Assembly: GCA_965287045.1 (NCBI GenBank)
Contig: OZ336883.1
Coordinates: 15,872,001 to 15,936,000 of the forward strand
DNA: 64,000 nt
Reading direction: 5' to 3'
From: Carcharhinus amblyrhynchos
Taxonomy: Eukaryota
Shown here: one piece after another, positions 23,335 through 34,170 of the stretch
How positions within the stretch are numbered: the first letter of the stretch is position 1
Layout: the number at the start of each line of letters is the position of its first letter
The notes under the pieces: model-generated
Databases searched by the model: none
The model's input: only the letters and a program-made list of their open reading frames with translations
What the model was told of the DNA's origin: nothing
Made by a program: the position numbers and the translations under genes

Positions 23335-23479
23335 CTATTATCAAATAAATCGGTTGGACTAAAACCTGGTGTTGTCAGGCTTTTTACTGTGTTTACGCCA
23401 GTCCAACGCCGGCATACCCACATCATGCCTACTCAGTTTAGCCAACAGCTGTGGCTTATAAATTTAAATTTTGTTTTCA

Positions 23480-24138
23480 GCTTATTTATTAGTGTCACAA
23501 GTAGATTTATATTAACACTGCAGTGAAGTTACTGTGAAAATCCTCGAGTCACCACGTTCCGGCACCCGTTTGGGTACACTGAGGGAGAATTTAGCACAAT
23601 TTAGCAAGGTCCCACATCCATTTCTAAAATGGACAAAGAGAGCGATTGAGGCAATGATTCAGTAAGGGTTATGTTGTTAGTCACTAAACCAACCAGGTAG
23701 TGTTCTGGTGAAGTGCCAATTCCAAAACCAAAAGCTCCATCCAAATTTTCATTGTCTGATGTTACTGACTGATGGATATGTGAAATGAGAAATACCTCCA
23801 CTGCATCAATAGATGAAAACCTAGCCAAATTCACAAAGTTTAAAATTTAAGTTTAGGTTTATTTATTAGTGTCACAAATAGGCTTACATTAACACTGCAA
23901 TAAAGCTACTGTGAAAATCCCCCGGTCGCCATACTCCAGCGCCTGTTCGAATACACTGAGGGAGAATTTAACATGGCCAATGAACCTAACCAGCAGGTTT
24001 TTCAGACTGTGGGAGAAACCCATGCAAACACAGAGAGAACGTGCAGTCTCCACGTTCCCCAGTCGAGACAGTGACCCAAGCTAGGAATTGAACCAGGTCC
24101 CTGGCACTGTGAGGCAGGAGTGCTTTAACTCACTGTGT
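23480..24138 (-). mobile_element. V-SINE tail (23480-23596), duplicated Gypsy RT fragment (23606-23840) and V-SINE (23857-24138)
   Basis: 23606-23840 aligns with 19704-19935 and abuts a SINE tail at the same junction. Confidence 0.85.
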
Positions 24139-25003
24139 TACATACCTGTGCTCACCCTTCTATTTTCCCATGCTTTCCATAACCTGCACATTGTGCCACT
24201 GCCTAGCAACACAATTAGATCAAAAAAAAAGTACCCGGTGGTGGAACTATGCAGAAACCAACAGCTTGCACATGTATGACAGGTTTTGTTGACATGCCTG
24301 TGCACTGAGCCATTCACACTTTTAGCAGGTGTTGCATGCTGTAATTCAGTATCACAGTTTGCTAATATAAAATGTTAACTTCTTAAACCATTTCTGAATT
24401 AGATCAGATTGACTATCCTTTTTTAATAATATCATGAAAGTGAGTGTTAAGACTAAAAGCACTTCCATGTGATTCTTCACAAACTAACATATTTCCTGAA
24501 ACTTCTTATGACTTATACAAACAGCAGATTGATGGGGAATGGTTAGTTACCCTTTGAAGAAAATATTTTCAAGGTTTCTCTATTGGAAAAAAAGGGGCTG
24601 GAACAATGTTATGGTGTATCAGGATGTCTTGTAAATAGAGCCCATTGTCCAGGAACATGAATGTGTGAAAATATAAAAGGGACTCAGCAAGAAAGTTATT
24701 TTGAGCAATTCATGGTGGAGTTATGAAATCTGAATCCATAATTTTTTTTTCAGTAATACAGTCTGCACAAGTTCTATATCTGTTTGATAACAGGGACAAG
24801 TTTATTTTAGATCATGGGCACTGGACATGTTTGACGAGGGGCATAAGTCCTGTACCTGTTTGATAATAGCCTAATAGTTAAAAAAATAAAAGTTTGCCAG
24901 CAATGACTTTTAGCTGAGACTGACTGCAATCAAGGGCTGAATCATTGAGAGAGTAGGATTTTGGAACATGGGCCGGAATTTTTCCAAATAATTACTAATT
25001 ATA

Positions 25004-25320
25004 GCAGGGGTGGCACACTGGTTAGCACTGCTGCCTCACAGCAGCAGGAACCAGGTTCGATTCCCAGCTTGGGTCATTGTCTGTGTGGAGTTTGCACATT
25101 CTCCCTGTGTCTGAGGTGGTATCCTCCAGGTTCTCCGGTTTCCTCCCACTGTCCAAAGATGTGCAGGTTAGGTGGATTGGCAATGCAAAATTGCCCCTTA
25201 GTGTCAGGGGAATTAGCTAGGGTAAATGCATGGGGTTATGGGGATACGACCTGGGTGGGAATGTGATTGGTGCAGACTTGATGGGCCGAATGGCCTCCTT
25301 CTGCACTATATGATTCTATA
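25004..25320 (+). mobile_element. HE1-like V-SINE with CR1-type tail
   Basis: Full-length; tail gggccgaatggcctccttctgcacta..gattcta. Confidence 0.92.
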
Positions 25321-25374
25321 ATAGCAATTAAACCCAAGCAATCCTTGCCAGTCTGTTCAGCATGGATCGGACCA

Positions 25375-25580
25375 CTTAACCTGCACATCTCTAACAGACC
25401 ATCTTCCTCAGGCCCTATCCCCATGTATTTATTTCACACATCTTGGGACACAATTTCGCATGGCGAGTTCACCGAACCTGCACATTTTTGGACTGTGGGA
25501 GGAAACTGCTGCAGAAGGAATCGAACCCAGGTTCCTGGCACTGTGAGGCAACAGTGCTAACCACTGTGCCATCGTGCCAT
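25375..25580 (-). mobile_element. Rearranged or deleted HE1-like SINE
   Basis: gactgtgggaggaaac and ctgtgaggcaacagtgctaaccactgtgcca blocks. Confidence 0.75.
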
Positions 25581-26282
25581 GGTTGACTTTTCATTTTCCT
25601 TGATTAAGTGTGGCTGAGAGCAATTGTGACGGTTGACACCAACTAAATCAGCACAGAGTTGGAATCAAACCTCCAGTTTCATTTGACAACACTGAACCAG
25701 ACCTTTGGCCATCAAGACCAATAAATGGGGAGTTGCAGGGTCAGTGGCTTGGAAGATAAAATAGTAATTCAATGATAACACGAATATCTTCTCCATATTA
25801 TGGAAATTTACAAAGAATAAATTTAGTAATCAAATACATGCAAGGTAAGGCATACCCAATATCACAGTGTTAAAAAATAACCATTATGCCCTCTTACTAA
25901 CTGAGGTGATATTCAACATTTCCTCATGTCACAATGCTTGGAGCATGAGCTCAATAATTGTCATTTTGGAAACTTTTCACATTATTGCGATTTGGAATCC
26001 AGAATTACAGGAATCTGTGGACATGAATGTGTGGAACACAATGCCTTCATTATTTTAAGACTCACATTTTCTCCAATGTCCTTGCCATTCAGCTGATCAT
26101 TCAAAATCCTGCGGCCCACATACTTATGATCAAGGGTGGCATAGTGGCACAGTGATGGTTGTGACACTCTTCATGCTGGAATAGTTTGCTAGTGGACACA
26201 GTCTAGTTTCACTTATGAAATTGGCTGTTCAGCCCTACCCCGTACAGAAACAAAATCCCTCAAGGCAAGAAAGAATGTAAAT

Positions 26283-26610
26283 GTGGCACAGTGGTTAGCA
26301 CTGCTGCCTCACAGCACCAGAGACCCAGGTTCAATTCCTGCCCCAGGCAACTGCCTGCGCAGAGTTTTGCAGATTCTCCCCGTGTCTGTGTGGGTTTCCT
26401 CAGGGTGCTCCTGTTCCCCTGCCATAGTCAAAAGGTGTGAGGGTTATGTTGACGGGCCATGCTAAATTGCTCCTTAGTGTCAGGGGGATTGGCAGTTAAA
26501 TGTATGGGGGTTACGTGGATCGGGCCTGGATGGGATTGTTGTCAGTGCAGGCTCAATGGGCCAAATGGCCTCCTTCTTCACTGGCAGGATTCAATGATTC
26601 TACAATTCTA
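26283..26610 (+). mobile_element. HE1-like V-SINE with CR1-type tail
   Basis: Full-length, colinear with 11369-11685. Confidence 0.9.
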
Positions 26611-27435
26611 AAAACTATAATAATCTTGCATATAAGGAGGAGGCAGAATTTGATCTCGGAATTAGCTGGTAAGTATTAATTGTTTTCACTTTGTGGCTTA
26701 TGATACTTTATCAGACTTTCCCTCCTTGATCATCTTGCAGTATCTCTCCTCACAATATATATGTCTCCAGACATATATACTCTATTTGTACTTTTTGAGA
26801 ATGCATACAGGGCTTGAAGTGAAGGGTTTCAGATGAATCGGCAGTGAAGCTGTGGCCCTTTACTGATTTAATATTTCACAAAGTACTGACTGTGAAAGAC
26901 ACTTGCAGATGTGACTTACTGATCCGTCAATCATACGAGACGGCAAATCAACATCCAATGCTGAACTGAAAAGCTGCATTAACCATTTCAGCACCTTCTC
27001 CATTAGTGAGGGTTATGAGGACAAGGACAGTGGTAGTGATCGATGAAATTTCCACATCGATTATCCATGGTTATGTGCACGTGTGTGCGAGACGAGGCAA
27101 TTAGATAAGAAAAGCTTGGATAATCCCTAATGATGCAGTTACAACAATACGTAAAGGGTACAGTGTGCCAGTCAGAGAAGGCAACCAGTCAATGTACACC
27201 TGACTGCTGTCGCGTTGCAATTCATTTTACTGAATCAATTTTATTCCCCACAAAATGGAATGTTCCACTGAGGCTAATATCAAATAGCTTTCTTCAAAAC
27301 CATAATGTTATAATGGAGGAATTAAAATAACCAGCTTGTTTCTAAAGAGTATCAGGAGTATGCCATCATCTGCAGAGCAAGGCTTTACTGAAAAAATACA
27401 ATCAATTCTGCACTCCTCATTGGACTTGGATTGGA

Positions 27436-27520
27436 ATCATAGAATCCCTACAGTGCAGAAGGAGGCCATTCAGCCCATTGAGGCTGCGCCAGCAACAATC
27501 CCGTTCAGCCCCTATCCTGA
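27436..27520 (-). mobile_element. HE1/CR1 3' tail fragment
   Basis: atcatagaatccctacagtgcagaaggaggccattcagccc; another copy at 13815-13885. Confidence 0.75.
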
Positions 27521-27533
27521 TTGGTGAGATGGT

Positions 27534-27675
27534 GAGCTCTGACGAAGGATCATCCAGACTCAAAACATTAGCTCTATTTATTCTCTTTCCATAGATGCTG
27601 TCAGATCTGCTGAGATTTTCCAGCATCTTCTGTTTTTGTTTCAGATTCCAGCACCGGCAGTGCTTTGCTTTGATC
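27534..27675 (+). mobile_element. PLE 3' tail (family 2) with a CpG-decayed hammerhead motif
   Basis: GAGCT-CTGACGA-A-GGATC-atcca-GACTC-aAAACaTT-AGCTC followed by the family tail. Confidence 0.75.
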
Positions 27676-28649
27676 TTATGTGATTGATGAGTGCTGGCTA
27701 AGTGCTTGGCTTTAGGTTGTTAAACTCGGCCGTGCCTCTATGTCTACTTGAGAGCTTTTATGTCATGGCTTTGTCTTGTTGTAGCACACTAACTTCCTAT
27801 GGACAGATGTCACTTATTGGGCAAAGAAAACCTATGCATATTTCCCAGTAGCTTGTTTCAGACCTCCACAACATCTCTTGGATTCCTGGAGGTGTCAGGC
27901 ACCGAACTATACAATAGAATTCTTGCCCTTCCTACCTTTTTACCGATTTACCCAATCATTGTCTTCTTCTTTTGTCTGTCTCTTTTTATCTTTATTTTCT
28001 TCCATCTATAGCTTCATCCTTCTGGAGTTTTTTCTGCCTGTTTTAGTGTTTGCCTTAGTTCCCCACCTTTCTTATCTAATTTGTTCTAATGTTTCTGTTT
28101 CATCCATTTTGTCACTGCTACTCCTACTTCCATCTCATTGGCATCTCCTTTTCTACCTCTTTCTACAAAGTTTATTTCTTTGCTGTTTGCCTCTGCCCTC
28201 TACTCTCTGGCAGCCTATGAATGTTATCTGTATGCATGGAATTGGCCAATTTTCACCATACAGTTTGTTTTGGGTTCTTGTCCATCTCTGTAGTCCACCA
28301 CAATGAACTCCTGCACTCTGTGCCTATGATATACCAGGATCTCTCTCTGGTAAATGAGAGATGTCTGTGCAACTGGGGTTAGTCCTGAAATACTATTCTA
28401 GATATGTATATTTCTTAAATTGCCCTTTAACTATGGAAGAGATATGAGAATCCATGTTGCCCATGTTGTATTGGAAATCGCCCAACACTGAGGCGATGTA
28501 ATTTTGAGGCAGTTTTTTCCCTAGACAGATGACGGAATCTTCTGCCCATCCCCGGACCCAGTGTGTGTTTGCCAGTGGGGAGCATTGAAATCAGTGGGAA
28601 GAATGACAGGTAGGAACTGCACTGCCTTACCACCCCCCTCTACCTGGAG

Positions 28650-29200
28650 AAGCAGTGCCTCAGTGGTATTGTTGTTGGACTAGTAATCCAGAAACCCAGG
28701 GTAGTGTGCTGGGGATCCAGGTTCGAATCCCATCATGGCATATTCAATAAAAACCTGTGATTAAAAATCTAATAATGAAACCGTTGGTGATTATTGCAAA
28801 AACCCATTTAGTTCATTAATGTTCTTAGGAAAGGAAATCTGCCAACTGTACCTAATCATTGCTGCCTCACGGCACTAGGGATCCAGGTTTGATTCTTGGC
28901 TTAGATAAACTGTATGGAGTTTGCACATTCTCCCTGCGGCTGTGTGGGTTTCCTCCGGGTGCTCCGGTTTCCTCCCACAGTCAGAAAGACGTGGACTGGC
29001 CATGCTAAATTCTTCCTCAGTGTACCCGAACATAGGCCGAAGAGTGGTGACTAGGGGATTTTCACAGTGACTTTATTGCAACGTTAATGTAAGCCTACTA
29101 ATAAATAAACTTGAAAAAAAAGACACACAGCAGTATGGTTGACTCTTAAAATGCCCTCAGGGATGGGCAATAAATGCTGGTCCAGCCAATGATGCTCACT
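28650..29200 (+). mobile_element. Family-B SINE with a nested V-SINE tail-2 (28858-29113)
   Basis: Family-B body stops at ~28850 and resumes at ~29125 after the V-SINE tail. Confidence 0.82.
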
Positions 29201-29329
29201 TTTCCTAAGCGATAACAAAAAACCCTGGTTAAGTCCATATGGTCTTACCTGCCTGTCGCTAATTGAGGCCCTTGCGGGCAATTCGTACCCACCGACCCTG
29301 ATATTGAGCGAGCAGCAGATGGGGGGCAC

Positions 29330-29560
29330 TGATGATCAGAGGGACTTTGGTGCACATATCCACTGAAAGAGACAGGGCAGTTAGATCAGATGGTTAAAAC
29401 GGCATATAGGGATTCTTGTCTTTATTAGCTGAGGCAGAGAATATAAGAGCAGGGAGGTCATGCTGGAACTGAAAAAGACATTGGTTGGGCCACATCTGGA
29501 GTACTGCTTCCTATAATGGTCAGCCCATTATAGGAAGGATGTGATTTGTCATTGGAGAAG
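29330..29560 (+). mobile_element. CR1 ORF2 fragment
   Basis: QRDFGAHIH..EYKSREVMLEL.KTLVGPHLEYC. Confidence 0.75.
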
Positions 29561-29624
29561 ATCCTTAACCTTGCTTTAAGGTTGACAAATGGATACTCGC
29601 CGACACACCGGGAAATCTAGCTTC

Positions 29625-29840
29625 TTTTCATAATGCCACGGGCCCTTTTACAATTCTTTGAGTGTGTACGAGGAGTCTAGATTTAAACTCATCCAAATAA
29701 CGGCACCTGTGACAACACTGCACTCCATCAGCACTGCCCTGGACCATCAGCCTTAATCGTGTGCTCACGTTTTTGGAGTGGGACTTTAACTCACAGCCTC
29801 CTGACTCAGAAGTAAGAGCTCTACCTATCAGTCCAAGACT
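29625..29840 (-). mobile_element. DeuSINE-type SINE 5' half
   Basis: Reverse complement: tcttacttctgagtcaggaggctgtgagttaaagtcccactcca...gctgatggagtgcagtgttgtcacaggtgccg. Confidence 0.55.
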
Positions 29841-29987
29841 GATACTATCCCACTGAGTTGGCTAATGGACTGCAGGATAGTACTATTGCTGCATTCCAAA
29901 GTTCTATCCCTCTCGGAATCTTGCTTTGCACTGATAGCTCTGTTCAAAGTCAAACTTCAGACTTTCTGTAAAAGTTTTATCAACATC

Positions 29988-30423
29988 TACCAGGATGTTG
30001 CCTGGTATGGTGGGAAGGTCTTAGAGGAAAGACTGAGGGACTTGAGGCTGTTTTCGTTAGAGAGAAGAAAGTTAAGAGGTGATTTAATAGAGGCATATAA
30101 GATGATCAGAGGATTAGATAGGGCGGACAGTGTGAATCTTTTTCCTCAGATGCATGAGGGGACATAGCTTTAAATTAAGGGGTGATAGATAAAGGACAGA
30201 TGTCAGAGATAGGTTCATTACTCAGAGAGTAGTAAGAGCGTGGAATGCCCTGCCTGCAACAGTAGTGGATTCGCCAACACTAAGGGCATTAAAATGGTCA
30301 TTGGATAAACATATGGATGATATTGGAATAGTGTAAGTTGGATGGGCTTTAGATTGGTTTCACAGGTCAGTATAACATCGAGAGCCGAAGGGCCTGTACT
30401 GTGCTGTAAAGTTCTATGTTCTA
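29988..30423 (+). mobile_element. CR1 LINE 3' end
   Basis: LEERLRDLRLFSLERRKLRGDLIEAYK; gccgaagggcctgtactgtgctgta..ttctatgttcta tail. Confidence 0.92.
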
Positions 30424-30431
30424 AGACTTAA

Positions 30432-30551
30432 AGAGTGGAAGTTTCCTGTCCCACCCGTCACGGGAATTGTAGCAGGTAGGACAACAAACCATGCAAAGGT
30501 CCGTTGACCTAGGGTGGGATTTTCTGGCGTAAGGGCCAGAAAGTACCACCC
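30432..30551. mobile_element. MITE
   Basis: Reverse-orientation relative of 16390 and 19478 (ccgttgacct.gggtgggatttt). Confidence 0.6.
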
Positions 30552-31606
30552 AAAATGTTTTTATCAAACAGATAAAATTATTGTTCCTCAGCATTCCTTC
30601 ATCCATAGAAAAATAGATTGTACTTTGAAATAAGATACAGTTACAATTATTTCACATAATTACCTTAACTATTTTAACACAGGTACTTATTTGATGTGCC
30701 TTGTATGTCAGCAAGTAACTGTTTCCTTCTCAGTTAAAACCTAGTCTAATCTTTTTAAAATCTTGCCCCAATCTTGATTACGAATTTTCTAAGTACTGCA
30801 TTTCATTTGAAAGCTGTGGAATGGGACTTAATTTAGATGCTTAATTTGTCAGCTTAATTGTTGACTTTCTACAGAGATGATAACACAATGGAAACTGGGC
30901 TCACTGAGGTCAGGCTACTGAACTTGTTTATGCAGCAGCGAGTAGCTGTAAAAGGGAGGTTGGTGGGGTTTAACTGCCTTGTCGGAGGAGACCAAATTGT
31001 CCAAAGGGCCTTTCTTCTTGTGGGAACAGATTCTGTGACTTAACGGCTGCAATTATCCCGTGTGAAGGAACCTGACTGAAGTAAACTTGTCAATGGATCA
31101 CAAATAGCATCACTTCATCCAAAAGCTCCTAAGTTTAGAAGTTCCTCCTCTCTAATGCAAAGATGCCGAAACCAATGTGGAATTTGTTAGAGACACCCGA
31201 TTTTTGAAAACACAATATAGAGTTCCTTCTTTAGATTTTCCACCTATCTCGGCACGTTTTGCCTGCTCTTTCATTTGTTGTGGAATAAATCTCCATAGGT
31301 TGAGATTCATAAGTTGTTTTATGTTTTGAAGCTGTTAGCCTGCCACCCAGAGACAAACTAAAATTGACGGAGTTGTTTCTGTTTTGAATATGGTGGCAGA
31401 TTGGAATGAGAACAAAGGATCTCTCAGAACTCCACCAGGGGTCCATGACATGCCACTCAATGCTTTCTGCTCCTGTTTTCAAAGCTTTCACATCTCAACC
31501 GATCAACATTCATGTTGTTTCAAAATGATAGTTTCTTTACATATTTTTAGCAGTCACGTCCGATTTCTGATATATAATTTTTAACATATTCGGTTCTCTA
31601 ACAATT

Positions 31607-31893
31607 GCAGCATGGTAGTGTAGTGGTTAGCACTGTTGCCTCACTGCACCAGGGACCCAGGCCTAGGGTGACTGTTTATGTAGAGTTTGCATGTTTTAGT
31701 TATGTCTGCGTGGGTTTCCGCTGGGTGCTCCAGCTTCCTCATGGCTGATTGGCCATGCTAAATTGCCCGTTAGCGTCAGGGGGTTTAGCATGGTAAATAC
31801 GTGGGGTCACGGAATAAGGACTGAGTGGGATTGTTGACAGTGCGGGCTTGGTGGGCTGAATGGCCTCCTTCTACATGATAGGGATTCTATGAT
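31607..31893 (+). mobile_element. HE1-like V-SINE (internally deleted)
   Basis: Head, partial V-domain and gattctatgatt tail. Confidence 0.85.
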
Positions 31894-32309
31894 TCGAATT
31901 GGCTTTGCACAGAGTCTGTGTGCCCCACACACCCGTTCAACCATCTGGGTGGAACGCTCCTGGTGGTCTAAAGTTTAATGTACTTACTGGGTAAAATCTG
32001 TTGTGAATCTAATCTTTTGGTAATGTGATTAGGGATACTGGAGCAGATTTATACCATTCTTAGAGATGCTCCTATGAGATCTAAGGATTAGAATTTGCAG
32101 CAGAAAAATGAGAGACTCAGCACAATTGGTCCACGCCAATATTTGTGCTCCAGTCAAGCCTCCTCTCACCCTTCTCACCTAATTATCAATATAATCCATG
32201 ATCCATTCTCCCTCATGCTATCTAGCTTTCCCTTTTTCCCTTAAACAACTCCATACCAATAACGTCCACTATTTGCTCTGTTCGCAAGTTCTACATTCTC
32301 ATCATTAAA

Positions 32310-32945
32310 TTTTATTTCTCATGGGAATCATTGGCTGGACCTTAGGAATGTGATGGTGAGCTGCCATCTTGAACCATGCCAGTAGGAAGAAAGTTCCAGG
32401 ATTTTGAACAAGTGAGAATGAAGGAACGATGACATAGTTCCAAGTAGGAACAGTGGGTATCTTGGAGGGGCACTTGCAGGCGGTAGTGGCTGGTGCCTTT
32501 GTCCTTCAAGGTGGTAGAGGTCATGGGTTTAAAAGGTGCTATCAAAGGAGCCTCGATGAGTTGCTGCAGTGCATCTTGTAGATGGTACACACAGCAAGCA
32601 GTGGATACTGTGACTGTTTAAGTTGGTGAAAGGGATTCCTATCAAACAGGCTGCTTTGTCCTGGATAGTGTCAATTTCTTGAGTGTTGTTGAAGTTACAT
32701 TCACTCAGGCTCCTGACCTTTGCGAGTGGATGGCAGACAGGCTATGGATAATCGGGACGCGAGTTACTCGTCAAAGCATTCCTAGCTTCTGACCCATTCT
32801 TAGAGCCATAGTAAGTATATGGCTGGTCTAGTTCAGTTTCTGGTCAATGGTAACCACCAGGACAGTGATAGTGAGAGATTTTGTGATGGTAAAGGCATTG
32901 AATGTCAAGGGGAGATAGTTAGATTCTCTGTTATTGGAGATGGGT
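32310..32945 (-). mobile_element. Second CR1-group LINE family 3' fragment (probable partner of SINE family B), nested in an older CR1 (32095-33350)
   Basis: ORF 32342..32590- RSFILTCSKSWNFLP; homologous to 56340-57250; 3' end resembles the family-B SINE tail. Confidence 0.75.
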
Positions 32946-33604
32946 AAAAACATTTTTCTTCTAAAATTCCCCATTTGATTTCTTGCAAATTATCTTGTAT
33001 TGATCTCCTATTTTGCACTTCCCCACAAGTGAAAACACTCTGTGGTCGGAATTTTACCGCCCCAATTCCAATGGTGGGTGAGGTTCGGAGAATGGCATTT
33101 CCTGTTGGCTCGGGCAGGATTGTACAGATCTTGGGCGGATGTACCCTGTGTGCCTACTTTATAAAAGACCTTTAATGATTTTAAAGACCTCCATTAGGTC
33201 ACCACTTGACCTTCACTTTTTGAGAGAAAAGACACCAGCCTGTTCCTCCTTCCTTTTCTTGTACCATCCTTGTATATCTTCTTTTTTGCCCCTCTGTAGT
33301 TTTCATGTTTCCTTTTTTTATTAATAGGGCAACCAGGACTGTACACATGTGACAACATTATTTGAGATATTCCTATTAGAACTTACCCACATGCCTATTT
33401 AATATTAGAAATATTCTTTCTTGACCTGGGCCTCTGCTAGTTCTGAGAATAATCTCATCAGATTTGTAATGATATGAGTAGTTCCTTCACTAAGTCTGTA
33501 TTGCAACCGGATATTTTAACCAGTTCCATTTTATTCCCAGATATATTCAAAAATTGGAAGGACTTTTCTGATACCTATACTAGAATTACATATACTCTGA
33601 GTAG

Positions 33605-34170
33605 ATCATAGAATCATGATTGTAGAATTCTAGAATGGAAGGAAGTTGAAATATAAAAGCAAAATACTGTGGATGCTGGAATCTGAAACGAAAACAGAAA
33701 ACGCTGGAAAATCTCAGCAGGTCAGTGGGGAGGGAATAGGGCCAATATCATAAGTCTAGATGAGTCTTCATCAGAGCTATGGAAGGAAGCTCTTTGACCC
33801 ATCGTGTGTGTGTCAGCTCTTTGGAAAATTAATCCCACTTCCCTGTTTTTCTTTTCCCACCACCTTGTAAATTCTTTCACCTTTATGTATCTTTCCAATA
33901 TTAACTTATGAGAGTTACTATTGAACCTTCTTCAATCACCTTTTCATTTTGGACCACAACCACTCAGTGTATAAAAGAGCTTCCTCATGTTATCTCTTGT
34001 TTCTTTAGTCAATCACTGAAAAAAAAAAATTTCTTCTTATTTGCTTCACCACTCACGATTTTGAATGTCTCAATCAAATCTCATCATAACTTTCTCGCTT
34101 TGAGGGGATCCACACCAGCCTTTTCAGTTTCCCCAGGTAATCCCTCCTCCCTGAGTTAACCCCTCCTGCA
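33605..34170 (-). mobile_element. Old CR1 3' fragment with a nested PLE tail (33652-33779)
   Basis: catagaatcat tail; PLE piece flanked by the direct repeat atggaaggaag. Confidence 0.65.

Larger units (their letters stand above)
23118..23427. mobile_element. Young Penelope-like element insertion forming a 130-bp palindrome
   Basis: Arms 23117-23246 and 23263-23392 with one mismatch seen, 16-bp spacer, TSD cctactcagttta at 23105-23117 and 23428-23440. Confidence 0.88.

Noticed and set aside
22993-23426. Two opposite-strand ORFs sharing an identical ~43-aa peptide
   Set aside because: A direct consequence of the DNA palindrome; no evidence of coding
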